In this document: positions 11,001 through 20,423 of the stretch, piece by piece
Layout: every line of letters begins with the position of its first letter
Numbering within the stretch: position 1 is the first letter of the stretch
Assembly: GCF_000315625.1 (NCBI RefSeq)
Contig: NW_005434584.1
Coordinates: forward strand, 82,177 to 146,176
DNA from: Guillardia theta CCMP2712
Lineage: Eukaryota > Protista > Cryptophyta
Length of the DNA: 64,000 nt
Direction: 5' to 3'
Made by a program: the position numbers and the translations under genes
Notes under the pieces: model-generated
Seen by the model: the letters and a program-made list of their open reading frames with translations, nothing else
Told to the model about the DNA's origin: nothing
Database searches by the model: none

Positions 11001-14000
11001 CTGACATCACGACCTGGGCGCTGGCAGCGATCAACTGAGTTCCAGCAGCTGCAGTGAATGTGATGCTCTGACAGTTCTCCAGAGTCACAGCGTTGAGCGA
11101 GAGCTGGGCCACCTGATAAGAGATCGAGGCTGAAGCAGAGCTAGCAGCACCAGCATCTGATTGCGAGATCGTCACGGTCTGAGCAGATGCCTGCACAGTC
11201 ACGGTGTACAGCCCTGCAGACTTGACCTTGATGGCGGTCACAGATGACCCGCTTGCTGCTGCTGTAAAAGCGTTGTTCCTGCACGAGATCTGCATACCAA
11301 CGTAGTCCGATGCCGATGCAGACAAGCCAGCCGTGTAGCAAGCCTCATGCGTGTACCCCAGAGGGCTTGGTCCCGCGAACCGAACCTTCGACAGCGTGTA
11401 AGACGACTGCCCTCCGACGTCGTAGTCCGACGCTCCCCAAGGGCACTGCTTGTGGCTCCAGCAGAGGTCCTTGTTCTTCTTGTAGCCGTCATCAGAAGGT
11501 GACAACACAAACACTCCGTCCACGTCCGCATCACCCGATCGATGCCTGTTACCATCGGCAATGTACCCCTTGGACAAGTAGGCCCTAGCCCTGTCCTCGG
11601 AGCTGCCAAACAACTCCCACTCCAGCTGCGAGGTGAAGGTCTCGAACGCCGAGTTAGATGACTGCACTCCAAACAGAGGCCCGGACTCCTCCACCTCGTA
11701 GGCAGGAAGGTTGACAAACAAGGAGTCGCCCGCAAACAAGCGGGTCTGCGGCACGATGTTGAGCACGACATCCGAAGAGGACGCAGTCATCTGCAACCCG
11801 CTGGTCTGCGATCCCGACACAATTGCTTGCGATGGGAAGTTGGACGTAGCCTGAATGGACAGAGCGAGAGCCGACTGCTCCGAGCTCGGGTTCTGAATCT
11901 GAAACTGCACCGTGTAGACGCCCCTGTCGTACAGATAAGCCTGCGCCTTTGCTGCAGTGATAGTTCCAGTCTCAGTTGCTGCAGGTGAGATGATGACCAC
12001 AGGTGTGAGGTAGTATCCATGTCCAGGGTCGGTGATGGTGATTGCAGTGACCGCGCCACCCGAGATCGTTGCAGTGGCAGTTGCTCCCTGTCCGACCCCG
12101 TACATCACATTGCCTCCAGAGCAAACTGAGTTCTTGTAAAACTCAGACCCACAAATCACAACACTAGGCGGCACAGTGTACCCAGACCCTCCTGACAGCG
12201 CAACAATCTCGCAGATGCCGTTCGATCTCATCGCGTTGACGTTGAAGTAAGGGTTGTACACAGGCAGGTTGGGCGACTGCTGGTAAGTCATCTTGAACTC
12301 GTTATGCTTGAACGTACATGTAGAAGCGAAGTCGGCACCATGGATGTTTCCACTGACCGCGTTCGAAGCCACGTTGACATACTCGCCATTCCTGCTGATC
12401 CAGCAGGGGAAGGTGTCAGGAGAGGCAATGAAGCCAGTCAGCGATGAGACCGTCACCGCCTGGCTGGTAGTCAAGGCGTAGTTGGGCTGTAGCTCCACTG
12501 TCATCCACACAGTGTTTGAGGTCACGTTGGAGCTGGATCGAATGGTCGCATGCGGGAACGAGGGGTCCACAATGTAGCCCGCGCAGCTTGACAGCACCGA
12601 TGGATATCCGTACACTCTCTTGCCCGTGTCCTGCTTCATTGTGTACGTCTGCACTCCAGGCGCTGCACTCGGCGCGTCACTGGAGCTGACAAGCAACGAC
12701 ACCGATGGACACGATCCTCCGTTCTTGTAGGCAGAGTTCGGGTTGATCATACGGAAGCAGAACTTGTACTTGGTTCCAAGCACCAGCGTCTGGGTCACAA
12801 ACTGGAACTGGATCTCACCGTTTCCGTTGTTGTAATCTGCTTTGTTCGCGATGTTGTTACCCGAGATCGTTGTAAAGTATCCGCTCAGCGACGTGCTTGA
12901 GAGCGGGCTGATTCCATATTCATCGTAAAAGTCAACTGTGGACGTGGACGTGAACATCGGCAGCCCAGTCAACGTAAACTTGGTCTGTTTGATAATGTTC
13001 TTGTTCGGCCTCAGGGTAACACAGACAGGATTGACTGCACCTGGCGCAGGATACAACTGGCCGATGTCGTACTTGTTGAACAGGTTGCTCGTCAAGAAGA
13101 GAGGGTTCTTGTAGCTGGAAAGCGGAAGCGTTGCCGTCTGCGAGTTGGTCTGCTCGCCGCTGGCAAACGAAGCTGAGATCGACACAGTCGGATTTGACTG
13201 CGGCGTCTTGCCATTCACGAAGGCATATTGAAGCACATAGGTCCAGCCAGCCATCATACAGTGGGTCGTTATTCCCTTGATGGGCATCTGACAAGTGGAA
13301 GATGAAGGAAGGTGAATGATCATCTGACCGTTCGACTGAGACCACTCAGTCTTCTGGATGATCGGAGAGTAGTAGTCTGTTGACGCCGGTGATAGTGCAG
13401 TCAGAGATGTCTGCGTGGTGTCTGTTCCCGTCAAGCCCGCAATGGTGATGGTTGCACCGTACCCATTCAAACCAAGATCAACATTCGAGCGGAGAGAAAT
13501 GGTCAGTACGTTGTTCTCTTGGATCAGAGGCGTCTGCTGGGTGATCAACCGGGTCAAGAAGCCCTTGTCGTAGACCTTCAAGGGACAGGCATCCCCATCC
13601 ATCTCTCCATCTTGCAAGGCGCGATTCACAGGGGATACAACCATCTGCACAGTCTGCGTCGTCGTGTATGATACCTGGCTGTTCTGGCTCTGATACAGGG
13701 CATTCAACGTCAATGTGACCGTCTGGCAAGGCTGCGCGACCTTGGAGTTCTTGAGAGGAATTGCGAACTTGATCTCATGGCCTGAGGGGAGATTCTGAGC
13801 TGGGTTCAATACAAGCTTGGCTATGCCAGCTGCGAAGTTTGCAACCTTGTTGACTTCTCCAGCAGTGAGAGCGCTGGTGAAGTATGCAGTGCTGGCCTTT
13901 GATGGTGTCACAAGCGAGTGAGTGTTCCAGTCGTAAGATGGGCAGTTGTCAATGTCCGGGTTGGAGTTGTCCTGCGCCTGGCTGCCTGACAGGCCGGACA

Positions 14001-16050
14001 GGGTGATGGTTGCTTCATTGTACTGGCCTGCATTCAAGTATGTTTGAAGGTTGAAGTTGGTCTTCAGAGTCACACAGATGTAGTTTGTCACGTCCGGTCG
14101 AGTGGTAACCTGTCCGATCTTGTACTTGGTAAACGACGGCTTCTCAACAAGACCCACTGATCCTCCGAGGTTCGTGACAGCCTCATTCTGAACCTGGTTC
14201 GGCCCAGTCGTCAACGACACTGTCATCGTACAGGCCGAGTTCTCCCTATCCGATACCCTCCAGCTCCACGCGAAGGCATAGTCACCTCGCGCGGCCAGAG
14301 CCTGGGTCAGGGTCAGCTTCAGGGTCCCTGACGACTGGCTCCAGTCCATCGTCGACCCGGTGTATCCAAAACTTGGATCTCCAATGTCAACCTCCGTCGG
14401 ATAAGACGAGCTGGAGCACTTGTCCGTCAAAGGATTGCCTCCAGCAAACCTGTTACCCACCATGTTTACCTTGGTACCAGACTCCTGAGTCCCGCACAGA
14501 CCAGTGAAGGTCAAGATGGAAGAAGTCTGGATATCGAAGTTGGGAGACAGAGTCACAAACATGTTCGACAAGGAGCCTGTGTCAGACGAGCTCTGGAACA
14601 TCCTTGCCCCGATCTTGTTTCCGACCGCCTGGAGAATCTTCGTCGAGGGACTGAAAGTGATCGGGTTGAGCGTGATGGACTGTCCGGTAGATCCCGTGCA
14701 GAAGTCAGAGATCTGGCAATACTTGCCCGACATCGAGATAGAGATGGGCTTCGATGCTGCTGACACTGTTCCCGGTGTCTTCAGCTGAAACGAGAAGATG
14801 ACAACCTCTCCTGCTTGAATGTACATGCCTGGCAAGAGCTGAAAGGTCAAGGTGCCCGCCCCTTGGACAAAGTCGGCTTTTCCAATCTGGTTTCCGTAGC
14901 TGATAGACTGGAACATGCTTGGGAAGAGCCCTGCTTGAGTGCTTTCACATTGACATTTGTTCTGATACAAGGCTGTCACTTGATCTGGTGTACTAGACCC
15001 TGTCAACCCGGAGATCGTCAAAGTTGTGGGAGTAGATGATGTCGGAGACGAGTAGATGGTCATGGATGGTACGATCGTAACAGTGATGCACACGGCTTGG
15101 TTGATACCGTCTGTGTTCCCTGCAGCGGCAGCATACACGAACGTGGGGTTCTTGGTCACTCCGATAGCTCCAGCCTCCTTCCTCACCGGAAGTCTTGGCC
15201 TGTCTGAGCCGAAGCGTTGTGACTTGTACTTGTCAAACGGTACTTGGTACACGAGGTTTGCTGTGCTGCAGGTGGTACTGGCAAAGGCGGAAAGACTCAC
15301 TCCGGTGCAGTCAGACGATGTGGTTGCAGGCTTCTCGTAGACAGACACGAAGGCCATCTGATGCCACTCCTCGTTGATGCCTCCGAGAGGCGGCAGAGGT
15401 CCCAGACCGTTCTGCTTGGATGATGTGTCATAGTTGAGATACATGCTCACTTTGCTGATGAAGACTCCTGTCACGGTGCTAGGCGCATTGCTGCTCAGCC
15501 TCAGACGCAGCATCTCTCGCTGAGCGTTCCACTCACAGTAGTCAAACACATTCGCCCGGAGCTGCTTCAGGTCGAAAGCGTTCGATGACACATCGCCTAC
15601 GATTCCCATGCATCCAACTGCTCCTGGGCCACTCACAGACAGTGACAGGTCGCTCGAGATGGCTTGTTGCCAGGGCTCCTGTACAGACTGAGAGATCACA
15701 ATGCTGTTCTGCTGCGACATCCAGCTGATCGTGCTCTCAGTGCTCTCAGTGCTTCCACGTGATGCACCGAAGAAGTTCGACCCTCCGGTGAAGCCGGGCA
15801 TGTAAACTTCGACCACATGCCCAGGAGACAGAATGCTGGTCTGCTTGGACTTGGTCAGGGTGTTTCCAAGCTGACCCCAGTAGATCTTGAAGTTGGTCGC
15901 CTTGAGATCCTTCACGCCATGGTCGAAGTGGAGTTGAGCCATCTCGGCTATGGTTCCAACCGTGGTGGTTGATCCGACAGTGAATGTTTGCCGATCGGCA
16001 TGTACAGCTACCGAGCAGCAAGCAAGAAGCAGCCATACCGACATCTGCAT
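5020..16050 (-). CDS. Giant (3676 aa) intronless type-I membrane surface protein with multiple beta-rich repeat families
   Basis: 11-kb open frame. Signal peptide MQMSVWLLLACCSVAVHA. Repeats: N.I.VTL..N..L....IT..GL.G (N-terminal third), G.GY...P.V.[IF] (about 12-14), and I.I..E...V......LTV.R...T.A..H (5). C-terminal TM NVGVVVGCAVGGVIGAGLLGFLTHKF with a short tail. Confidence 0.93.
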   Translation of the reverse strand: MQMSVWLLLACCSVAVHADRQTFTVGSTTTVGTIAEMAQLHFDHGVKDLKATNFKIYWGQLGNTLTKSKQTSILSPGHVVEVYMPGFTGGSNFFGASRGSTESTESTISWMSQQNSIVISQSVQEPWQQAISSDLSLSVSGPGAVGCMGIVGDVSSNAFDLKQLRANVFDYCEWNAQREMLRLRLSSNAPSTVTGVFISKVSMYLNYDTSSKQNGLGPLPPLGGINEEWHQMAFVSVYEKPATTSSDCTGVSLSAFASTTCSTANLVYQVPFDKYKSQRFGSDRPRLPVRKEAGAIGVTKNPTFVYAAAAGNTDGINQAVCITVTIVPSMTIYSSPTSSTPTTLTISGLTGSSTPDQVTALYQNKCQCESTQAGLFPSMFQSISYGNQIGKADFVQGAGTLTFQLLPGMYIQAGEVVIFSFQLKTPGTVSAASKPISISMSGKYCQISDFCTGSTGQSITLNPITFSPSTKILQAVGNKIGARMFQSSSDTGSLSNMFVTLSPNFDIQTSSILTFTGLCGTQESGTKVNMVGNRFAGGNPLTDKCSSSSYPTEVDIGDPSFGYTGSTMDWSQSSGTLKLTLTQALAARGDYAFAWSWRVSDRENSACTMTVSLTTGPNQVQNEAVTNLGGSVGLVEKPSFTKYKIGQVTTRPDVTNYICVTLKTNFNLQTYLNAGQYNEATITLSGLSGSQAQDNSNPDIDNCPSYDWNTHSLVTPSKASTAYFTSALTAGEVNKVANFAAGIAKLVLNPAQNLPSGHEIKFAIPLKNSKVAQPCQTVTLTLNALYQSQNSQVSYTTTQTVQMVVSPVNRALQDGEMDGDACPLKVYDKGFLTRLITQQTPLIQENNVLTISLRSNVDLGLNGYGATITIAGLTGTDTTQTSLTALSPASTDYYSPIIQKTEWSQSNGQMIIHLPSSSTCQMPIKGITTHCMMAGWTYVLQYAFVNGKTPQSNPTVSISASFASGEQTNSQTATLPLSSYKNPLFLTSNLFNKYDIGQLYPAPGAVNPVCVTLRPNKNIIKQTKFTLTGLPMFTSTSTVDFYDEYGISPLSSTSLSGYFTTISGNNIANKADYNNGNGEIQFQFVTQTLVLGTKYKFCFRMINPNSAYKNGGSCPSVSLLVSSSDAPSAAPGVQTYTMKQDTGKRVYGYPSVLSSCAGYIVDPSFPHATIRSSSNVTSNTVWMTVELQPNYALTTSQAVTVSSLTGFIASPDTFPCWISRNGEYVNVASNAVSGNIHGADFASTCTFKHNEFKMTYQQSPNLPVYNPYFNVNAMRSNGICEIVALSGGSGYTVPPSVVICGSEFYKNSVCSGGNVMYGVGQGATATATISGGAVTAITITDPGHGYYLTPVVIISPAATETGTITAAKAQAYLYDRGVYTVQFQIQNPSSEQSALALSIQATSNFPSQAIVSGSQTSGLQMTASSSDVVLNIVPQTRLFAGDSLFVNLPAYEVEESGPLFGVQSSNSAFETFTSQLEWELFGSSEDRARAYLSKGYIADGNRHRSGDADVDGVFVLSPSDDGYKKNKDLCWSHKQCPWGASDYDVGGQSSYTLSKVRFAGPSPLGYTHEACYTAGLSASASDYVGMQISCRNNAFTAAASGSSVTAIKVKSAGLYTVTVQASAQTVTISQSDAGAASSASASISYQVAQLSLNAVTLENCQSITFTAAAGTQLIAASAQVVMSVVASTSAPAYRVEITNPGLYTSFPTATCTGTTPPTLNLFMSVATVSVTSQGSGYVTIPSVFLSAAPTGVTQTTAPVFEVIMSTANQNIITQTILDYNPYYSPTPCFLVGQEFPSSFLSDCSIHVKENVGRYTGMTAMIGSNEYLIKQGAGGVYWVVDSNGNKPRNVDIANKPYTIYTQLELIVAKSARVEPGESVSITIPGYRFKSYPKNVNAYITRSTDDASKTIAERTRYYFATTLPVKSSYVKGYGVTGMVITGGTLAGDCSIKYVDGPQSMGGNKPEVRFISGATSKFEITYAGSGYTSPPRFIGQCVTSTGTTTYFNGVFLLSGNSGVRRVEVAVQGNNCPSGTTVNIESPNPSGSYIDGLTGLTYAGQQASAIVLLNGNSVSQVVLQNGGSGYISAPLVTFPATCNAQAQAYISQNFSSSIAMRYETGNTFLYEWNREQTDTLTGLYSSEFSSVSLFSLETAASGSAEMNSGYVASIAITKSGTTCTSPTITVSASGVSAAAQAKAVPVTAANILQSINVTYGGYGYTSAPSVTITGCGAATAKAFLSYSNVDVLVGGSTSFSSYRGMRPLQVTQSSANSYKTVNPVTSAMDSPVLVGFNEACSNGKTEAYQREQSTYKNSRVTGVTMSSAGAGYTFKGTTVTFSASPLGSSNMYATAKGVPTWSFPPTTTSSGGTTNLNTNVLLYKGAALSTATGCDNIVLMFSYPERAGGAQLQIQINSAASRTSQVIQQGTGYASIPYVYDIKFNSNNGQTFLKDGYTGTNGNCVPQYFAIDVTRLTNLASGVGLVIDGVYMTQGGYGYDTAPTVTFDCKSCTITSQAVATATLESGCFNGQCTQPSYANAFFSPVNRNNLQVCQATNPGANDYRTRKTLQMRVSSGQSGIQYSSSTAYAARRNRGFMASTGSLNFYVSSQNLLSAMCTPPQVVVEPPTSMSGVAAQVELVVESTRADSYLSQSPATAADLPAQAAQYKLAVRTVNPGSGYITAPTVSFVSVGSTPCSTTGLVVAAELQGGMSVSTVQTAAAPLYICPAQTYYLNPTTMTLSTTQTQGAATITWDRKANAPYVVDGGYGYSYGTQPVTLSWASCGATTVVIFFEDSKSLDGLAPYPSFWPGDMSVDQSTWRNHAGEITGVDFMYESKHFYSNPTVPTPQTFLNVNIAARSLKQAGLFSSRSNDVRAAASISFAVEDASSFKAGDLILIDSEIFKIGTVTGNTITVSERALGGTSQSQHFPGASVVLFFPGTALEKAVLTSVAGTVETIYVASASGFAVDESVAVDDEFMLVASVDTTANTLSVYRGYTQAEGTETPSHPAAALVGLFNPKAAVAKTSASITATATTLPVFTTRGFTANTYIQIGNEIMLITALNTGSFTILRAQAYTQAASHASGAEYTAVSVETVSLLPIALNTDLSISDTLISMGPNAGKTGTLPAQGTNILVEQEVIYVLSLNKSASTITVSRGQQGTTAAAHNANAEIVLSISAQYLSETIIGATGVLQSISGSNSGLYARPLITNPGTTDATPMLYLDGIAVISSPSKLQKAPVLSLNYLAPALTPFGVNQDLIVSSLSYPVIYNPAKYSTDPLYYQDRMDGYDLMRPNSPVLESSSNRINGTSPVYILDSFGQMLGDHVVGSESIAVTLQARTSAISTNPVLSSTASSTLTTKASYKVTQQSSSLGSVWGAPSKVYSPFLGYSIKSVAASGVQSPATLSAQIDTTTVTVSLTAAVAYITVNSFIRIDNEVMKVSAVTGNTLTIVRAQRSTYATTHATNANVYSDCIGRLYAEPSLEGGEPAILDFSGTSVTVVSGGSGYLSSSHVYACGSVTRCDYAGAQVNTCSLTFTASLGPAVTEVYLNHTVATRALGGQMTGLTSSSSRFFLWKTRPSKVSMVVSSAASNTSNSSNSSTVVEALETTPSPTTSSFIHAADVTTTPAGTGKAASEIPLQAASASNVGVVVGCAVGGVIGAGLLGFLTHKFVRYRGRVKVQVDEMT

Positions 16051-17273
16051 CTGTCAGCAGTGATGTCACTTGCGAACAAGCATCGATCATCAACTTTCTC
16101 ACCCTCACCTGCATCATGCCTTGCATACCCGCTGAGCAAAGCGGCCCTTCACAGGGCTTCAAAAAACTTGAGGTTGTCATACGAAAACAACATGTACCCT
16201 CCTCTTCGACGATCCAATGTCAGAGGACACCAGGGGTACTCAAGATAATCCACCGCCAACTTTGATTTTGCGGAAAGATTGGAATTGGTCTGTTTTTCCA
16301 CGTAATAAAGATTTATCGGATCGATGCATGTTTATTACGAAGAGCTCCAAGTTTTTATGGTTTATTGGATCACCTTCACTTGCTTCCGGTACAAAATATA
16401 GCGGCCAGCAATAGCCGATCAGTTCAGCACCGCTGGCCTCTTCCTCGAGCAAGTTCGCTCCTGGCGGCCCCCGGGTTGAGTAAAAGCTCCTCGTACACCC
16501 TTACAGCCTCGAGATAGTAGTAAAAACTCTCGGCAATTGTCCTTTGACACTAGCCGGCCGCCCCCGGCAGGCCCCGAGTCTCGGCAGAAGCTGACAGTGA
16601 GGCGGACATGGACTCAAAGTGGATTTTAGGGCGATCAATCGCCTTCTTCACTCGAAGTCAGTGGTGGGGAAAACGGTGACTCGGTGAGTCAGTTCAATGG
16701 CTATCAGCCTCATATTTTATCCCTCGGTTCTCTTGTCCTTCTCTTGTCTTCTTGTCTCAGTCTTGTCATGTCGTGTCTTGTATTCTTCTTCTCCCTCATG
16801 CTACCTCATTTCATTTAGACCGCCGGAGCGTAACCACCCACGGGAGGTGATATCAACTCATCTCGGGCAAATGAACACACTTGAGGTGCTCAAATCAGTC
16901 TGTGAACTTCACTCTATTCGGCAGTGAGTCTACTGTTGCCGTCTGACCTCTCAACTAAGATTCGATGGTCCGGATAGAACGAGGAAGACGTTTCTCTGTT
17001 CCCTCTTCCCATTTTCCCCTTTCCACTACCCTTCTTATCTACTATCCCTTCTTTTCTCTCTAAAGCTGTAAGAGTAGTTTCTGAGTGACAGAAGTTTGTT
17101 CCCTCCGTCCTCCCTCCTTTCTCTCCTCCCTCCCCCTTCCCCCTCCCCCCTTCTCCTCCTCCTCCTTCTATTCTCTTCCTCTCCTCCGAAGAATAGAAGG
17201 CTACTTTGACCCAGGCAGGACCATGTCACAAACTCATCTAATGTTTTAAGAGGAGAACCCCAGCAGTAGTTGA

Positions 17274-19349
17274 CTACACGTTTAGTCCGGCCTTTCTCAG
17301 CTTCTTGGATCCGTTGTCCGTAGAGTCGAAGGCAAACATCCCCTCCTCTCCCATCGGCCCGAGCACCTGCCCCAAAGTCACTTCCTTCCTCCCTCTTTCC
17401 CACCCTCCCCTCCCCCCTTCCCTCCTCTCCTCTTCCTTCCCCTCCCTCCTCTCCTCTTCCTTCCTTCCCCCTCCCTTCCCTCCTCTCACCGGCGCATGCG
17501 GGATGACATGGATGTCTATAGTCTGCTTCCCAGACGCCTGGGCGACAGGAGGAGCCACAAACGCCATGGGTGGCTGCGCAGCTGCAGCAGCGTGTCGGGC
17601 AAGGCCAGCAAGGCCATCGACCGTCTTCAAAAGAGCCTCTGCACTTCCCTTCTTCCCCGCCGCCTCCTCCTCCACTCGCTCCGCCCTCTGCAGCAGCGCC
17701 AAGGATTTCTCTTCCTCCAGAGACAACTCGTTGACGGCAGCTGCAGCGGAAGCGTTGGAGAAGATTTTCTGTTCGAGCAGGTCCTCCTTCCTCTTCTGCA
17801 TCTCCGCACTCTCCTCCTCTGCTCCGTGGGCCTTGGCAGCAGATTTCTGCATCTCTGCTCTGCTCTCCTCCACCTCCTTCTCCAGGGCGCTTATCTCAGC
17901 TTCCAGCGCCTTCGCCTTCCACTCGGCCTGGGCCATCGCCAAGCTCGTCTCCTGAGCCGCCATCCCTACCGCCTCCTGCCCTCCTCGGGATGCGTTCACC
18001 GCCTCCTCTCGAGCCATCATCACCCTCTCCAGGTCTGCCTGGGCCTCTGCCAATTTCCTGCCATAAAGCTCCTCCTCTGCTGCCGCTTCTTGCGCATACA
18101 GCTTGGCGTCTATGATCTCTTCTTCCTTGTGAACGAGAGCAGCTCTGCGATCTTGGTAGGCTTGTTTCGCTCGCTCCGCCTCCTCTGCAGCCTTCTTGGC
18201 ATCCTCCTTAGCCTCATCGGCCATCGCCACCTGCACCTTTGCCGACATGGAAGTTTCCATGAGCTTCGCCTTGGCCCTCGCTAGGCTCTCGCCAGCGACG
18301 TCTCGCCTCCACGTTGCTCGTTGGATCGCCTTGGCTTTCACCTCATCTACTCTGCGATGAGCAACTGCCTCATCCTCCTCCTCGCGAGCCTTGGCTGCCG
18401 ACTCTCTCGCTGCCTCCAACTGCTTCTTCGCCTTTTGAGCTTCACCGGCCGCTCGTCCAGCTTGACTGCGCATCAGGCTCTTGTACGCCTTGGCTTGCTC
18501 GACCTCGAGATCGTAGTGGTTGGAAGATGCAATGGCGCGAGCAAGCTGGTCCGTCAGCCGAGCTTTGACTCCCCAAGCCACGTCGCTTCTCTTCCTCGCG
18601 GCTTCCACAGCCTTCTGTCGCTCTTGCTCGGCATCTCGCAGCTCGCCCTGAACCTTCGAAACCTGTTTAGCGTATATGTCGCGAAGGTTCTCCATCTGCT
18701 GAGCAGTCGATCGAGAAGAGAAGAGCAAGTTTGAAAGAGACTGTCTGATCTCCTCATGCTGTTCAGCAAGATTCTGGGTCTGCTTGTTCATGTTTGCCAG
18801 CTTGTCCTGCTCCTCTTCTATCTCAGCATGCAACTTCTTCAGTAGAGCATGGCTTTCCTCCCATGCCTGGGCAGCGATGCGATCGACAGCAGCAGCAGGC
18901 CGAACAAGCTGACGGACGTAACGGATCCTTACCGGCGTGATTCTCTGCTGATACACTTGTAGAGGGCTGTCATCCTGGTCGATCCTAGTCCGGTGAAACT
19001 TTTTGTAAGAGGTCATGAGCCTCCGGATCTCCGCCTCTGTCGCCCTCGCGTTCTCGATCGCAGTCTTGTACGCCATGTAACTTCTCTGAAGCAGCGCCAG
19101 ATCCCGCGCGCTCATGACCGGCACAGGCCGAACGCCTACTGGACGCCGGTAGTAGCCTAGCACATCGTCACCCTCACCTTGCCAAGGCTGCAAGCGCAGA
19201 GCATTCGTACCAGCGAACTGCAGGAGGGAGGAAGCAGCATCAAGACTTGAGATCTGCGAGACGACGAGGACGAGAACAACAGAGGCAGCCACCACCAAGG
19301 GCGCTAAGCCTCCAGGCATCTGCCTGCCCAGCCCTCCCCATGAAGGCAT
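17274..19349 (-). CDS. Secreted or membrane-anchored long coiled-coil (Ala/Glu/Lys-rich) protein; 3' end probably spliced
   Basis: Hydrophobic LAPLVVAASVVLVLVVSQ near the N-terminus, ~500 aa of heptad-like A/E/K/Q/R sequence. A low-complexity purine tract near 17380-17490 may be intronic. Confidence 0.7.
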   Translation of the reverse strand: MPSWGGLGRQMPGGLAPLVVAASVVLVLVVSQISSLDAASSLLQFAGTNALRLQPWQGEGDDVLGYYRRPVGVRPVPVMSARDLALLQRSYMAYKTAIENARATEAEIRRLMTSYKKFHRTRIDQDDSPLQVYQQRITPVRIRYVRQLVRPAAAVDRIAAQAWEESHALLKKLHAEIEEEQDKLANMNKQTQNLAEQHEEIRQSLSNLLFSSRSTAQQMENLRDIYAKQVSKVQGELRDAEQERQKAVEAARKRSDVAWGVKARLTDQLARAIASSNHYDLEVEQAKAYKSLMRSQAGRAAGEAQKAKKQLEAARESAAKAREEEDEAVAHRRVDEVKAKAIQRATWRRDVAGESLARAKAKLMETSMSAKVQVAMADEAKEDAKKAAEEAERAKQAYQDRRAALVHKEEEIIDAKLYAQEAAAEEELYGRKLAEAQADLERVMMAREEAVNASRGGQEAVGMAAQETSLAMAQAEWKAKALEAEISALEKEVEESRAEMQKSAAKAHGAEEESAEMQKRKEDLLEQKIFSNASAAAAVNELSLEEEKSLALLQRAERVEEEAAGKKGSAEALLKTVDGLAGLARHAAAAAQPPMAFVAPPVAQASGKQTIDIHVIPHAPVRGGKGGGRKEEERREGKEEERREGGRGGWERGRKEVTLGQVLGPMGEEGMFAFDSTDNGSKKLRKAGLNV

Positions 19350-20045
19350 CCCCGCTCCCCCCTGACACAAGCAGGATCAGCACGAGCTTCAAACATCATG
19401 GCCTATGATGAAGAAAATGCCAATGACATAGACGAGAAGAGATGATGAAAGATATCAACCAATCATAGGAGAAGGAAGAACAATTCAAGAGAGAGTCTAT
19501 ATGAAGATGGCAAACATGATAACATGGAAATGAAACACAAGACTTCATCCCAAGAATGTCAGCTCAGTTCCATGGCTATCAGCCCCATCATTCCCCATCT
19601 CTCCTCCTCTCCTCCTCTCCTCCTCCCTCCATGTTAGATTGGAGCGACATCATTCCGAAGAGTCGGCGATTTTCCAGTTACATCCGTTATTTTGTATTCT
19701 TGTTCCGTTGCACAACCGTTGATCAATCGTACCGTTACGATTCGGTTTCATCTTTACACGCCTCCCAAAGTTCGGTTGCGCTTTTGGTGGTTGGAATTTG
19801 AAAATCGAGACGTGACATGCACACGTACATGTAGTACTACTGTGCTCATTATTCATCACAATACCTCGCATCTCTCTTCCCTCTCCCTCGTGCTTCCTCC
19901 TGTCTTCTGCTCTCTTCCTGTCCTTGATATCGTTTCATTCTCTCACCCTACTTCCAATTTCTCTCTGTCCCGTTAAGCTTGCAGGTGGCATCCCTTCAAC
20001 GCTCTCCCCTGCCCGAAAGGTCTTGTCCGAAAGGTCTTGTCAACG

Positions 20046-20097
20046 GCATCCATCCATCCATCCATCCATCCATCCATCCATCCATCCATCCATCCAT
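20046..20097. repeat. (CATC)n microsatellite
   Basis: Direct reading. Confidence 0.95.
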
Positions 20098-20423
20098 GAA
20101 AGCTCCGCCATATCTTCTTCAGAGCCTTGTAAACTCCCTCCAATAACGTCTAACCTTGTGTGGCAGTCAGTTCTTTGATGAGTCCTCATGTGTCAAGCTT
20201 GTCCATTTTCACAACTGTAGACGTCATTCTTGCTAACATCAAACCCATCATCTGTATTAACATGACCAAGTATCATCTGTATCTACATGACGAAAAATCA
20301 CCTGTATCAAAATGACGAAATTTGTCTCAAGGAACCAACTAACAATCTCATGTCATTGCGAACACAGCTGAAATATTTTTTCTCCTCAGTGTTTATTAGC
20401 ATCTCTATTTTCAACTCCTCGTA

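Noticed and set aside
5020-16050. Prophage or endogenous virus
   Set aside because: No capsid, terminase, polymerase or integrase nearby; the protein has a eukaryotic signal peptide and TM and a diverged paralog.
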